Position numbers and translations under genes: made by a program. From Octopus sinensis (taxonomy: Eukaryota), in contig NC_043020.1 of the NCBI RefSeq assembly GCF_006345805.1, forward strand, positions 19,034,001 through 19,098,000: a DNA stretch of 64,000 bases, in the 5' to 3' direction. The notes beneath the pieces were generated by a model. The model did not search any database. It was not told where the DNA came from and saw only the letters and a program-made list of their open reading frames with translations. This document shows, in pieces, positions 36,264 to 49,554 of the stretch (the stretch's first letter is position 1; every line of letters starts with the position of its first letter).

Positions 36264-39200
36264 ATGTTTCTTTATTAACCACACAGGGCTGCACACAGAC
36301 GGGACAGATTACAAAGTAGAGCTTTTCTTTTTGGGGGAGAAAAAAAAAAGGTGGGTTAGGTTTTCGATCAAATGGGACCGTAAAAGGGAAGCAGATAAGG
36401 TTTATCCTTGGGAAGAAAAGCTTACTTAAAAGACCACGGTAACCTCGGTCAATGATGTTACATCTTACCACATTTGTTTGCAAGCAGGTAACCCTCTGTT
36501 TTAAATTTTCCGGGTTCATAGGATTATGCTGAAGGTGGCTTCGTCATTCATACGTGCCATTCTTGCTACATTCACCCATCTTTTTTTGAAACATTCGCTA
36601 GACAAAACTTGTCTCTCTACTCTCACCTTCCTTTTCAAGTGATACTTGAAAAAGTTGATGAGAGATTGACCAGAGAGGAAAGTGTTTGTCTGCAATCCTT
36701 TCAGACGCGTCCACCAGATACATTCTTTCGCCATAGCCACAAGGATGATGAAAATAGCTCTTCCTTCCCGTTTGAAGGAAGGAGGCGTGACAATATTGAC
36801 GATAGATTCGGCTGATAAACCGACTCGTCCCACACGTGACAGTAGTCGTTCGACATAAGCCCCTATGTCGGAAATTGTTGGACACTGAACGAGTGCGTGC
36901 AGAACGGTTTCGTCGCTCTTACCGCATCTCGGGCAGGTCGGCCCCGTGTTTCTCGAGCCGTGTCTGTAGAACTTATCTCGAACGGGTAACGCTTCTCGGT
37001 AGCACTGCCAGGCCAGGGATCTCTGGAAGTTGTCTATGGGCCCTGAACCGAAAGTCGTCCTGAACAGGCGGGTCAGGTATTCCTCGTCGACGTCCAGGTT
37101 CGCCCCGAGCTCGTCGTCGTACCTCCCCTCCACTATAGAATGCTTTGGTTGTGTTGAAGTCACTCAAGGTCGACCCGGGACGGCATAGTTGCTTGAGAGC
37201 AACGCGACACTCGCGGTGCCATTCGCCCTTCCTCGGCCTCTTTTTGATCCACGACTGCAGTTCGCTCATGGAGACGAGTTGCGGGAAAGCGTGCCTCACA
37301 AACGGCGACCACACCTGTTCACCGTCGTCTACGTAGAGCCTGAGATGTCGCAGTCTCAGCGCGTGTCTGCGCATCATTAACCACGGCATGCCCAGTCCTC
37401 CTTTTAACGGGTGTTGACAGAAAATGGATCGCCTGACCATCGGGACGCATCCTTTCCACAAGAAGCGAAAGAGAATGCGTTCTAGTTTGGTGATGGTAGG
37501 GTCGGGACAAGGCACGACGGTCAGGCGGTAGTAGATGACGGACGCGATGTACGAGTTCGCCACCTCCGCCCGACCTTTTAGGGACAGTTTCCTCTCGTCC
37601 CATTGCCGGGAGAGAGTGACCACCCTACTCGTTATCTCGTTCCATTTTTTCTCCATTTGGAGGTCTAGACCGAACCAGACCCCGAGCAACTCGACCAGGC
37701 CGTCTGTCCAACGTCCACGACGGAGGCGTGGGTGGGCGACAAGGGCTTGTTTCTCCAGGTGCCGAGCCGCAAGCCCACTGATTTTTCCCGTTTGATTTTC
37801 GCTCCTGTCACCGCTTCGTAGTCTTTCAGTGTCTCACCGACCAGGTCGATGTGCTCGTGGCTAGACACTATGACGGTGACGTCGTCCGCGAATGCAGACA
37901 CGCTCGTCCCAAACCTCGCGGGATGCCTCTCAGAGTTACCAGCTTCCGCAATAATAGCTCGAGAGTCAATACGTAGAGAAGCGACGAGAGGGGGCATCCC
38001 TGACGGACCGAACGTGCAATGTCGAAAGGTCTCGATAGACGTCCATTTACGCGAATTACCGAGCGGATACCTCTATACAAAGCGGCTATCCAGCCTCGGA
38101 AGACGGGACCGAAACCAGCCGCTCTGAGGACAGCCTCCAAGAATCGATGGTCTACCCTACGAAAGCTTTCGATTGATCCAAATTGATCAGCGCCCCACCC
38201 ATGCCAGGTTCCTTAACTACCCTGTCTATGATGTAGCGCATCAGGTGGAGGTTGTCATGGATGATCCGGCCCGGCACGGCGCACGTTTGCGCCTTGTCGA
38301 CCAGTTTCTCGATGGCTAACACCTTGGCCAAAATTTTCAAGTCTGCATTAAGCAGAGTGATGGGCCTAAAGTTATCTATTACATCCCCCTTGTTTAGATC
38401 TTTCCTCAGCAGTGTTACGGCTCCTCGGCTCACAAAACCAGGAATGCTCCCGTTTTACCGCCAGTTGCAGTACACCGCTGCCAAGACGTCTCCAAACAAG
38501 TCTGGCATACAACTGTAAAGCACGTAGGGTAGACCATCCAAACCTAGCGATTTGTCCCTTGAACATTCTGCCATCGCGTCCTGCACTTCCGCCGCCATGA
38601 TGGCACCTTCGCAGCGCCCTTCCTCTCTTGTCGAAAGTCGTGGTAGGCTGTGTAGGTAGGCACTGAAGTCCACCCTACGTTCTTGCCCGCCACTCGTCCC
38701 GAACAGTCGGGCAAAATGCTGTTGAAAGGCCTCACACATTTTACTTGGCTCGAGCAATTCACGCCCCTGTTCATCCACCAGAGACCGAATGGTGGCTTTG
38801 ATGCCCTGTTGCGCCTCTGCTACCCGGGCCTCTCGCGCAGCTCCAACACCTTCGTTCCTTAGAGCACGCATCCTATCTCTGACAACACACCCTTCGTGTT
38901 TGGCGTTGAAGTGTTGGTCGAGGGCCAACCTCGCCGCCAAAACGTCGGATGCGATGCCGCTTCTAATTGCCTCCTCTTTAGCTTCTTAACTAGCTCACCC
39001 TCTACTCTGTTTCTATCTATGGCTAAGTGCTTTGCTGTACCTAATCGCTTCTGCTTTTACTGCTCTCTTGAGGGGGCAAACCACCATTTGTGTGATGATG
39101 GCTCCCGTCAAAGCCCTCTTTACTAGTGTGCTAATCGGTCTCTGAAAACCTGTCTCGATGGGAAAGACGCATTTAGTTTCCAGTATCCGGGACCCTGCTT

Positions 39201-39894
39201 ATGTGTCTTACCTAAGTCTAGCGTACATGTCACAAGTATGTGATCCATGTAGCTGACTATGTGGAATTGTGGACATCTTACGCTATCTCAATCTACTGTC
39301 CTACACAGTATCCTATCTAGATACGATCTCGACGACCTGATGCGGTTGCTCCATGTCCTCATTGGCGCATTCGGGTGGTCGATTCGGTGCCTGTCAAAGA
39401 GTTGAAAGCATCTGAGCAGGTCTCTGAGGCATTTGCATCCCCGTCTATTCCTATCTCTGCCCACGTAGTCTACATGCGTGTCCAAGGTAGCATTCCAATC
39501 CCCCACCAAGAGTAAAGGACGAGACGTTCCCAAGAATACTTCTAGACGTTGAAAGAAATCCGCCCGACCTGTTAAAGGCGGTGCGTTGACTGATACGAGT
39601 CGAAAAGCGCACCCATTGCTGCCGTCGACATCCAGGGCGACCAGACTATCCTCCGGGTCTATGAATATTGTCTTTACTTTAAGATCCAGACTCTTGCGAA
39701 AAAGTAGCGCGGTGCCACTACCGCCCATTCTTGGCAGACAGGGGGGAAAATAAATGTTGAACTGTCCGCCAAACATGGTCTTTAGGGCCCGCGGATTGTG
39801 GAGTCTGGTCTCACTTATGGCTATGATTTCTAACTTGTGTGACTTTATGTCATTTAAGAGGTACCCTTGTTTCCAAGGGGACCCCAAGCCACGC
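36264..39894 (-). mobile_element. Tx1-group L1-clade LINE ORF2 (APE endonuclease and RT) plus 3' UTR; 5'-truncated, frameshifted
   Basis: RGLGS...AISETRL...VGDWNATLD...SYLDR; DNFRPITLLNADLKILAKVLA; DQSKAF; SVRQGCPLSSLLY; SAFADDVTV; CPRCGKSDETVLHALVQC; AATAAA at 36271-36276 then (ATCT) tail. Confidence 0.95.
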
Positions 39895-40301
39895 AGATAG
39901 ATAGATAGATTCACAGATAGCTAGCTTGTTAGACTGGTATATATATATATAGATATATATATATATATATAATATATATATATATATATAAAATAGATAG
40001 ATAGATATATAGATAGATAGATAAATAGATAGATAAATATATAGATAATAGATAGATAGATAGATAGATAGATACACAGGTTGATAGATAAATAGACAGG
40101 TAGATATATACACAAAAACAGATATATATAGATAGAAAGACAGATAGATTGGTAAATAGATAGACAGACAGGTAAACAGATAGATAGATAAATAAATAGA
40201 CAGATAGACAGGTAGATAGATAAATAGATAGACATACAAGTTAACAGATAGGTAAACAGATATCTATCTATCTATCCATCAATCCATCCATCCATCCATC
40301 C

Positions 40302-40356
<55 letters not shown>

Positions 40357-40358
40357 AT

Positions 40359-40412
<54 letters not shown>

Positions 40413-40418
40413 ATTCTG

Positions 40419-40482
<64 letters not shown>

Positions 40483-40550
40483 GATAAATAGACAGACAGA
40501 TAGACAGACAGACAGGCAGACAGACAGACAAGAAGGTAGATAACTAGATA
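39895..40550. repeat. (GATA)n-rich array followed by (TATC)n and (GACA/GATA)n
   Basis: Direct inspection. Confidence 0.95.
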
Positions 40551-40699
40551 GATAAATGCCTACATACATTTCTATGTGAATATGAGAGTGCGAAAGAGAG
40601 ACAAAAAGAAAGAAACTGTGTGTGAGAGTGGGGGAGAGAAAGGAGAGATAGATAGACATAGATAGATAGAGAGAGACAGAGGGAGAGAGAGAGGAGAAG

Positions 40700-40736
<37 letters not shown>

Positions 40737-41444
40737 CAAAACTATAGCGCCTGCTAACAAATGCCTTCAAGCATGTATGATAAAATCACTGTTGCTCGCA
40801 TTGACGAGAAATGGCTGTGCAAAAGAGTAAAGTTACTCTCTACAGTTTAATTAGAACGGTGTAATTGAGTTTATAGAAATTTCATTTCAGCGTTACTTAA
40901 GATTTACGATAGTTTAGAGAACTAATCAAATTTAGAGTGAGGGTGGGAGTGAAAAGGAGAGAGAGAGAGAGAGGGAGAGAGAGAAAGAGAGAGAGAGAGT
41001 AGGAGATAGAGACAGAGTTGAATATTTATGTGCGTGTATGCATGTTTGAACGGAGGCGATTGAAGTGAAGGGGAGGTATTTGTTTCACGGCAACTTCCCC
41101 GAGGAATGTCACTATAACCTTCGGGATAAGCTACGGGGAAAGATGATGGTGTCGGGGACGGTGAAGAGACAACAGATAGTCTATGAAAGAGAAACGAGAT
41201 TTCGATCTCAGCCTGCGGAACATATTTAGTTTTGATTTTTTCTTATTTATTTTTTTTCTTTCTTTCATTTTTTAAATAGTTTGTAACGAGAGTCTTGTTG
41301 TGTCTTGGGAGGGTCATTAACGAGAAAATAAGCAAATGATGGTGGAGATTGATGGCTGAACTGGATGGCTGGAATTGTAGGATAAAGCGGCGGCATTTTG
41401 GGTTCGACTTACCCTATAGATTTCACTTATAAAAATAAAATAAA

Positions 41445-41680
41445 TGCGCCCTTTTAAAGCGTAGCCAGGCTCATGAGCCCGGTTTCCCGGTTTCTATGGC
41501 GTGTGTGTTCCCTAGCTGGACGGGACGCCAGTCCATCGCAGTGTTACTCATTTTGCCAGCTGAGTGAACTGGAGCAACGTGAAATGAAGTGTTTTGCTCA
41601 AGAACACAACACACAGCCCATTCCGGGAATCGAACTCACTATCGCATGATTGTAAGCCCGACGCTCAAACCACCGGGCTA
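41445..41680 (-). mobile_element. SINE family C (tRNA head, gcaacgtgaaatgaagtg core)
   Basis: gccagctgagtgaactggagcaacgtgaaatgaagtgttttgctcaagaacacaac; gggaatcgaac B box on opposite strand; related copy 52850-53120. Confidence 0.8.
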
Positions 41681-42544
41681 TTTGAGAATCACTGATGTAG
41701 GCTGTCTTTTTAATTTTGACTTTTGGGAGCATTCTGTAAAGCTGTCGGAGTCGATCCTTTACCAGATGTCACCCTAGTCGATTTCTTCCGCAGAGATAAA
41801 GAACTGGTACTTTATTCATCAATTCCGCAAAATGTTAATGACAAGGTTGCTCCCGGATAGGTTTGAACTCGGGGCCTAGAGCGCTGGAGCGAATACTGAA
41901 AAACATTCTAGCTGACAGTTTAACACTAATAATTGTGGAAATGTGAAAGAATTTTACTTCCCAACTCTATGGTTTCGGGTTCAATCCCTGCATATCACCT
42001 GGGGTACATTACTTCTATATACCCGATTCAACCAAAGACTACATATAGTCTTTCTTTGAAATCTAAGTTGCATTGTGTTGACAGACTTCAACTTAAAATT
42101 CCCGCATTTTAAAATCAAAACTTAGTTACTAAGGTGACAACACTATCTATTTATCGATCTTTTACACAGGCGCGCACCCGCTCTCTCCCTCTCTCACACA
42201 CACATACACACACATCAACACCCACGTACACACGGCCACACACACATAAACACGCAAGCACAAACACACGCAGACACACACACTCTCTCATTGCATTTCT
42301 CTCTCAACAAATATTTCTTCTCCCCATCTTCCTTCTTACCATACAGATGTTACTAGCAGACACATGGAGATCAGTTTCTCTTTTATAATATAAGATAACC
42401 GATTTTCATCAGATTTGGGTCAGTTACGAGAATGTTATCTCTTCATAACAGACTGTACCATTGAAATACTACTGAGACAGAAGAAATAAATAATATTCTT
42501 TCCAACAATAAGTACGCCGCCTGGAAATTAAGATGTGAGAGTAG

Positions 42545-42711
42545 ACGAGACGATTGCATCGACTTCAATGATCAGCTTGTACTTACTTTATCGACCTGAA
42601 AGACTGAAAGGCAAAATGGACCTCGGCGGGATTTGAACTGAGTGGGTAAAGTCGGAAGAAATGTCATTAACCATTTGGCCCAGCGTGTTAACGATTCTGC
42701 CATTTGCCGCA
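42545..42711 (-). mobile_element. SINE family B, diverged
   Basis: gaaaggcaaaatggacctcggcgggatttgaac...aacgattctgcc. Confidence 0.8.
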
Positions 42712-42734
42712 TTAATAATAATAATGATAATAAC

Positions 42735-42801
<67 letters not shown>

Positions 42802-42836
42802 TGCTCAGGTAAAATCACTTGCGAAATAACTCCGAA

Positions 42837-42876
<40 letters not shown>

Positions 42877-43997
42877 GTATGTATGTATGTATGTATGTAT
42901 ATGTCTGTGTGTGTGTGTATGTGTGTATGAATGTGTGCATATATGTAAGTATGTATTCCTGTATGTATGTATGTATTTATGTACTTATGTATTTATATGT
43001 GTATATATACATGCATTTGTGTATGTATATGGGTGCGTGCATGTGTGTATGTATGTGTGTGTGTATGTATGTATGTATGTATGCATGCATGTATGTATGT
43101 ATGTATGTATGTATGTATGTATGTATGTATGTATGTCTGTGTGTCTTCCGCTTCATCAACTTCTGAAAAGGAAATGTGAAATACAGAGTAGCAACTTGAA
43201 TTCAGGATTTCATTCCATTCTGTTGAATACTTTTCACGCCCAATTGCACAAATGCACCTTGGTGTACACCGTACATTAATGTACTCATACACACACACAC
43301 ACACAAATACTCATACACACACACACACATACACACACACAAATACTCATACACTCAAATAATATACACATGTTCAAAAAATATATTTATACGTAATCGT
43401 TCTCGCACCCCCTCTCTCTATCTATATATCTGCGTATGTATGTATGCATGTATGTATGCATGTATATTATATATATATATATATATATACATATATACAC
43501 CGATCATGTATAAGTGAAAAATATATGTACATACTGATACTTGAGTTCTGTAGTTATTATATTTGCTCCGGTGCTATTCTGACAGCACATGGCTGAAATG
43601 GGCGATTAGATGTCCTCATATATAAGTGGGAAATGTATGTATGTATTGGTATTTGTACGCAAGTATTGTATCGGTATGTATATATTTTTTAATGCTTATA
43701 TATGGTCGGTATATTCTGCTGATGAGTGTAAAGTAATTTTTATTACAAAACACGAAATCTTGCGATGTAGATTTGTCCGAAATTTATAAGCCTTCTTGTC
43801 TATTTCCTGCATACAACCTTATATCAAAAGGTGACAAACGTATAGTGGTTACTAGCCATTTGACATCTACTTCTGGTGTATTGGCACTGGTCCTCCAGCG
43901 CCCTTGATTATAATTATATATTTATAATTGTGTGTGTGTGTGTGTATATATATATATGCACACACACACACACTCATACACCCCCCACACACACATA

Positions 43998-44390
43998 CGC
44001 ACACACACACACACACATCAGAGGCAACTCCAGGTCATCAACGTCACTCGGGCCCATCACAGATTTGCCACAGAAATATAGTTTTAATGCGAAAATTACT
44101 TCATTTACAGATGAACTCCAGTCGTTTTGCTTTGATGGTAGATTCGTGTAATATCGGTCATGCAGCTCTTCTTGTTCTCCGAGTCGTTCAAAATGCTTTT
44201 CTAAATGGAAATCCGAGCCAGTTCTTAGGCCATTGTGCTTCTTAGATGTGAGCGGATTCTATCTAACGTTGAGAAACTTCTCGCATTAACGACTGATGTA
44301 AAGGTTTTGGTCAGCATTAGCTTAATTAATTGAATGGATTCCGGCATAACAAAAGTCAACTCCAATTTATACTGTAATTCTAAAATGGAG
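43998..44390 (-). mobile_element. hAT transposase C-terminal dimerisation-domain remnant with probable terminus
   Basis: LLTKTFTSVVNARSFSTLDRIRSHLRSTM resembles L.T.PVTS..nERSFS.L.RIK..LRSTM; cagaggcaactccagg end at ~43999. Confidence 0.8.
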
Positions 44391-44791
44391 TTGAATGACT
44401 GAACTTTTTGAAATCACTGCCGATATACTTATATTTTATATGTAAAAAATACAAAAATGGGACAAGAACGCAAAACATCCAGACAGTTAGGTGAAACAAA
44501 AAAGGAAAACAATATAGCCAGACAGACGATACAAGGAAAACAAGGACGGATCATTCGGAATTTTCTATCCTCAGTCGAGTTCCAGATTATCTTTGCAATT
44601 TCGGCTGGTTATACTCGAGATAGCTCCAATCTGGCCAGCCCCAAGGAAAACTAAGCTAAGAGCATTACATTCCTTGGAAGAAAGCAGCGAATGTATACGA
44701 AAACAAGGACGGAAAGAAGAACAGAAATGTTACACAAATATAAATAACAGGACAGGACATAACAACAGGTGTATATAGTTAATATTATCAG

Positions 44792-44884
44792 TTCCTACGT
44801 ACGTTTCGACGTATTAGTTTCTTGTAATCCTGCACTGGTTGCTAAGTGAATATGCATGTTTAATCAAAACGGCTCATCAAGGAA
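44792..44884 (-). ncRNA. Type I hammerhead ribozyme, near-intact
   Basis: ttcc-TTGATGA-gccg...cgtc-GAAAC-gtac-GTA-ggaa; C3->U and one stem II mismatch; same loop 3 as 2050-2140. Confidence 0.65.
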
Positions 44885-45100
44885 GACTTTATTGCTTTAA
44901 GTTTATAGAGGGCTAATATCAAGAGCCGGGTAGATGGAGAGTCATTTTACAAATATTTTGATAATGAAAATAGAAGGAAAGTATTTGGTTGAGAAAGAAA
45001 AAGAAAAAAAATAACAGGCAAAGAAACAAAACAAACGAGGAGAGAAGACGTGAGATAGGTAAGACAGAGAATAAAGAGAGAGAGAGAAAGAATTAGAGAG

Positions 45101-45475
45101 GGAGTGACTGTGTGGTAAGTAGCATGCCTACCAACCAAATGGTTCCGGGTTCATTCCTACTGCGTGGCACCTTGGGCAAGTGTCTTCTACTATAGCCTCG
45201 GGCCGACCAAAGCCTTGTGAGTGGATTTGGTAGACGGAAACTGAAAGAAGCCCGTCGTATATATGTGTGTGTGTGTTTATGTGTTTGTCCTCCTAACATC
45301 GCTTGATGGTGGTGTTTTTACCTCCCCGTAACTTAGCGGTTCGGCTAAAGAGACCGATAGAATAAGTACTAGGCTTACAAAGAATAAGTTCTGGGGTCGA
45401 TTTGCTCGACTAAAGGTGGTGCTCCAGCATGGCCACAGTCAAATGACTGAAACAAGTAAAAAGAGAGTAAAGAGG
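45101..45475 (+). mobile_element. SINE family A, full length
   Basis: Complete head, core and tail. Confidence 0.95.
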
Positions 45476-46020
45476 TAATGAAGAAAAATAAACAATTGGC
45501 TGAGGAAAGAAAAATAAAAAATGTACGAAGAAACAAGAGAGACGAAGAGAGAATTTGTGAGAGAGAGAGAAGAGAGATAGTAAAAAGAGGAAAAGGAAAG
45601 AGGTAAAGGAACAGAGAAAGAATTAGAAACGAAACTTGGAAGAGGAAAAAAAACGAAAACGAAGAATGAGAGGAATAAAGAAGGAAGAAAGAAATTGGAC
45701 ACATAAGTGGGATAAAAAATATAAATATGTGTTAGAAACGATAGTTTAAGTGAAATGAAAATATGGAGATAGAATATATAAATACAGTAAAGAGATAGAG
45801 AAAGAGGAAGAAAGAAGATAGTAAATGCAGAGTAGAAAAGAGAGGTGGTGAGAGAAAGGGAGGGTGGTGGGAGATGATAGAAAGGTGAATCAGGTCATGA
45901 CCCCAAATTTGCTAAGATTCCAAAGGTTATCTTCAAAACCAAGCTTACCTTTACGAGGTACAAAAATATAGATTCACACAGGCAAAAACCACTTGCAGGT
46001 GCAAATAGACGTTCCCGTTG

Positions 46021-46059
<39 letters not shown>

Positions 46060-46244
46060 CATACACACACACACACATACACACATACATACACACACAC
46101 ACACACATACACACACACATACATACACACACAGACACACACACACACACGAGATATATTTATATATACCAGCATACAAACTTACAATATGTATACATAC
46201 GTACATACATACATACATACACATATTATATATATAATATATTA

Positions 46245-46299
<55 letters not shown>

Positions 46300-46393
46300 T
46301 ACTTATATACATAGTTACATGCTCACAGACACATACACACGCATATATGTATATATATGTAATATATATATATATATATATTATATATCTATA

Positions 46394-46426
<33 letters not shown>

Positions 46427-46583
46427 CAATATATATATATATATATATAAAACAAGTAGTTATACATTCATACAAATATGCAGCATATACACACGTATAT
46501 GCATGTGTGTATATTGCGCCTGTTGACCTCCTTCATCGGTGTTGCGACTGTTAACATCCTTTATATATTGTTTGATGGAATTC

Positions 46584-46635
<52 letters not shown>

Positions 46636-47000
46636 TATTATTATTATTATTATTATTAGTAGTAGTAGTAGTAACAATATCAATACATACTATATACATA
46701 CACACATATAAATATATATGCGTATATGCCTTTATGTGCCATTGTATGTTTGCATGCATACATGCATATTTACATACATACATACACACACATACATACA
46801 TACACACATGCATATATACATACATATGTGTATGTGTGTGTGTGTGTCATTTACTATACATAATATAAAGGTACGATCTACTAACAGTTTCTGGCATTGG
46901 CGACGGGGCTCTAGGCATGTTTATGAAACGTCTTGTGTCTTCAAGTAATCTCGAGCTCTGACTACGTGGCCTATTCAGTTTATAAAAGGGTAGCAGGACT

Positions 47001-47045
<45 letters not shown>

Positions 47046-47773
47046 ACACACACGCACATATATATCATTCAACTACGGTTGTAGTTGAATGATATTCTGA
47101 AAACCGCAATTTACACGCAGCACTTTTCAGCGCTTGTTGCCAATTCAGTTCTTAGCCAAATTGAAAACTGTTAACATTTTTGGAGAGGACTGGTCCCTAG
47201 CTAGATTTTGGCATTAAAAAATCGAGGCTTTGGTCCAGTAGAAAAACGTTTACATCAAAACTTGTAGCAGCTTTATAGGAGAATAAGTAACGCCTCCAAT
47301 CAAGTTTAGATCTAAATAACTTGTTTTTATTTTAAAATGTGTTTATCTTAGCTTCAATGATAGACGAAAGCTTGAGGGATTTCATAGTTTTGGTCCTATG
47401 CAACAAAAATTTGCATCAAAAAAGTGTGAGGTAAAATATCATTAAAAAAATATATGGCAAAAATTGGATTTAAGTATAATTAACTTTTCTTATCTTAAAA
47501 ACAAACTATATTTTAATTAAGCTTAAATGATAGAACTCAATTTGAGGAATTTCATGGTATCAATCTCATGCATTGAAGTTTTAAAAGAAAAACGTTATGA
47601 GTATTTGTTTCTCAAATTTGAGTGGGATAATAAAATTCTATACTTTTTATGAATATAGCTCTATAGGGAGACTTTTAATATATGTCACCGGCATCATTGA
47701 GGTAAGAGAAAATTATCAACGACACCACTAATTGACACATTTGACACATTATTAATTTGCATAAGAGCATAGC

Positions 47774-48100
47774 TTGGAAAAACATGGTCTACATGGAAAA
47801 ATGCGAGCAAGAGAAATAATATTTTTAAGAATATTAACAAGGAAAAGTACAGAAGTTATTACATTTGGAAAACTTCAGGACAAGTTATTAAATCTGGTGA
47901 AGTACAGAACAAGAGAATTCTCTCTGTTTAATACTCGGTGCCACAGTTTAAATTTGATCAAAAAAGATGCTGAAGATTTCGTCAGCTATGCTGGGATTGT
48001 TAACAGAAAGTGTGAAAAATTCAAATTAAATGAATTAATCCCGGATATGTCAAGCTTTTGTTCAAGCGCTAACTGCAAGCAAGGGTGCAGAGATACGTTC
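47774..48100 (+). mobile_element. Ty3/gypsy gag-like fragment
   Basis: FSLFNTRCHSLNLIKKDAEDFVSYAGIVNRKCEKFKLNEL resembles gag of K02A2.6-like gypsy elements. Confidence 0.7.
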
Positions 48101-48249
48101 AATAAAATAAAGAACTGTTGAGTTGACAGGAACAATTGATGGTAAGCAGTTCACTGTGAGCCGTTGGCAGAGAGCGTTTAACCTTGTGTAACGGTATTCG
48201 TAGCGCGTCGTGTAAATACTTTTTTCTCCCTGCTTCGTTAAATTATTTA

Positions 48250-48640
48250 TCCAACACCAGGATATAAAACAAACAGATGTGATATTCTCGTCAATTCCAA
48301 GGGTTTTGTGACATTCATCACTGGTGATAGGGGAGATAGTCAGGCCAGTGATATCCCTTTTCCTTATGTTTTCTTGTTTGACTACAAAATATGAACACTT
48401 GTCCCAACTAAACTTCATTCCTATGTCTCGTGAAAATGCTGTGTCCAGGACTAACTGCTTCTTGGTAACAGAATACTACTTGAGAACAGCTTAAAGTCAT
48501 CAACAAAAAAAGGTGGGGGTAAAATTAATCGTTTTTTCCTATTATGAATCCAATGGGTTTACTACTAGGACGAAAACCTTTACAGATAAGTTGTCACCCC
48601 GAAATATTCCTGTTGATAACCAAATTCTGTTAGTGACTAT
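48250..48640 (-). mobile_element. R4/Dong-like RT core fragment
   Basis: FFVDDFKLF...FSRDIGMKFSWDKC...KTLGIDENI, preceded by a decayed GDxLS segment. Confidence 0.8.
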
Positions 48641-48831
48641 AGTGGTAGCCTCAGTTCTTAATGGTAGTTCTGTGGATCATGCCGTTGTGGCTGTGTGGTA
48701 AGAAGCTTGCTTCCTGATCACAAAGTTCCGGGATCAGTCACTGCGTGGCACCTTGGGCCAGTGTCTTGTACTCGGGCTGACCAAAGGCTTGTGAGTGGAT
48801 TTGGTAGACGGAAACTGAAAGAAACCTGTCG

Positions 48832-48866
<35 letters not shown>

Positions 48867-49554
48867 TATATATATCTCAATATATATATTATATATATAT
48901 ATATATTATATATATATATATATATAATATAATACTTACACGCTCTCACATATACTTCAGACTCGTTCTGTTAAATGGGATGCAAAACTACATCACTTTC
49001 TCGTTGATTGATAATGCATTTACCACTACAACACATAATACAGGATAAAAATAGAAAAAAGATAGTTGACAACAACCTGTACAATATTACAAAAACAACT
49101 AAAAATTAGATTAACCATGAAGGCTTTGTGATTAGGATAAATAATGCTAAAAATTAACAGTCCGCACTAGTAAATAAACCTCGGGGTTGAATAATTTAAA
49201 ATTCGGAACTGATGATTTTTATCAGTTCTAACAATATTTTTATGGTCCTTTGTGATTTGCTGCGAAGTGTGGTGACGAAAGGCTGAAAAAAATATTTTTA
49301 TTTAGATGTTGAAACTTAGGCGGCAAGCTGGAAAAATCGATAGCGCTTCGGACAAATGCTTAGCGGCATAGCTTCCGGTTCTTTATGATCCGAGATTAAA
49401 TCACACCGAGATCGATGAAATAAAGTACCAGTCAAGTATCGAGAACTTTGTAACCGACTAAGCTCCCCCTCTTAAAATTGCTGGCCTGGTGCCAAAATTT
49501 GAAACTAAAGGCATCGAGCTGGTAGAATCCTTAAGTACGTCGGAAAAATTATTA

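Noticed and set aside
41113-41135. Resemblance to LSU rRNA segment (taacttcgggataag)
   Set aside because: Short imperfect match with no flanking rRNA similarity
47062-47095. 15-bp-arm hairpin
   Set aside because: Short, isolated, no recognisable RNA motif
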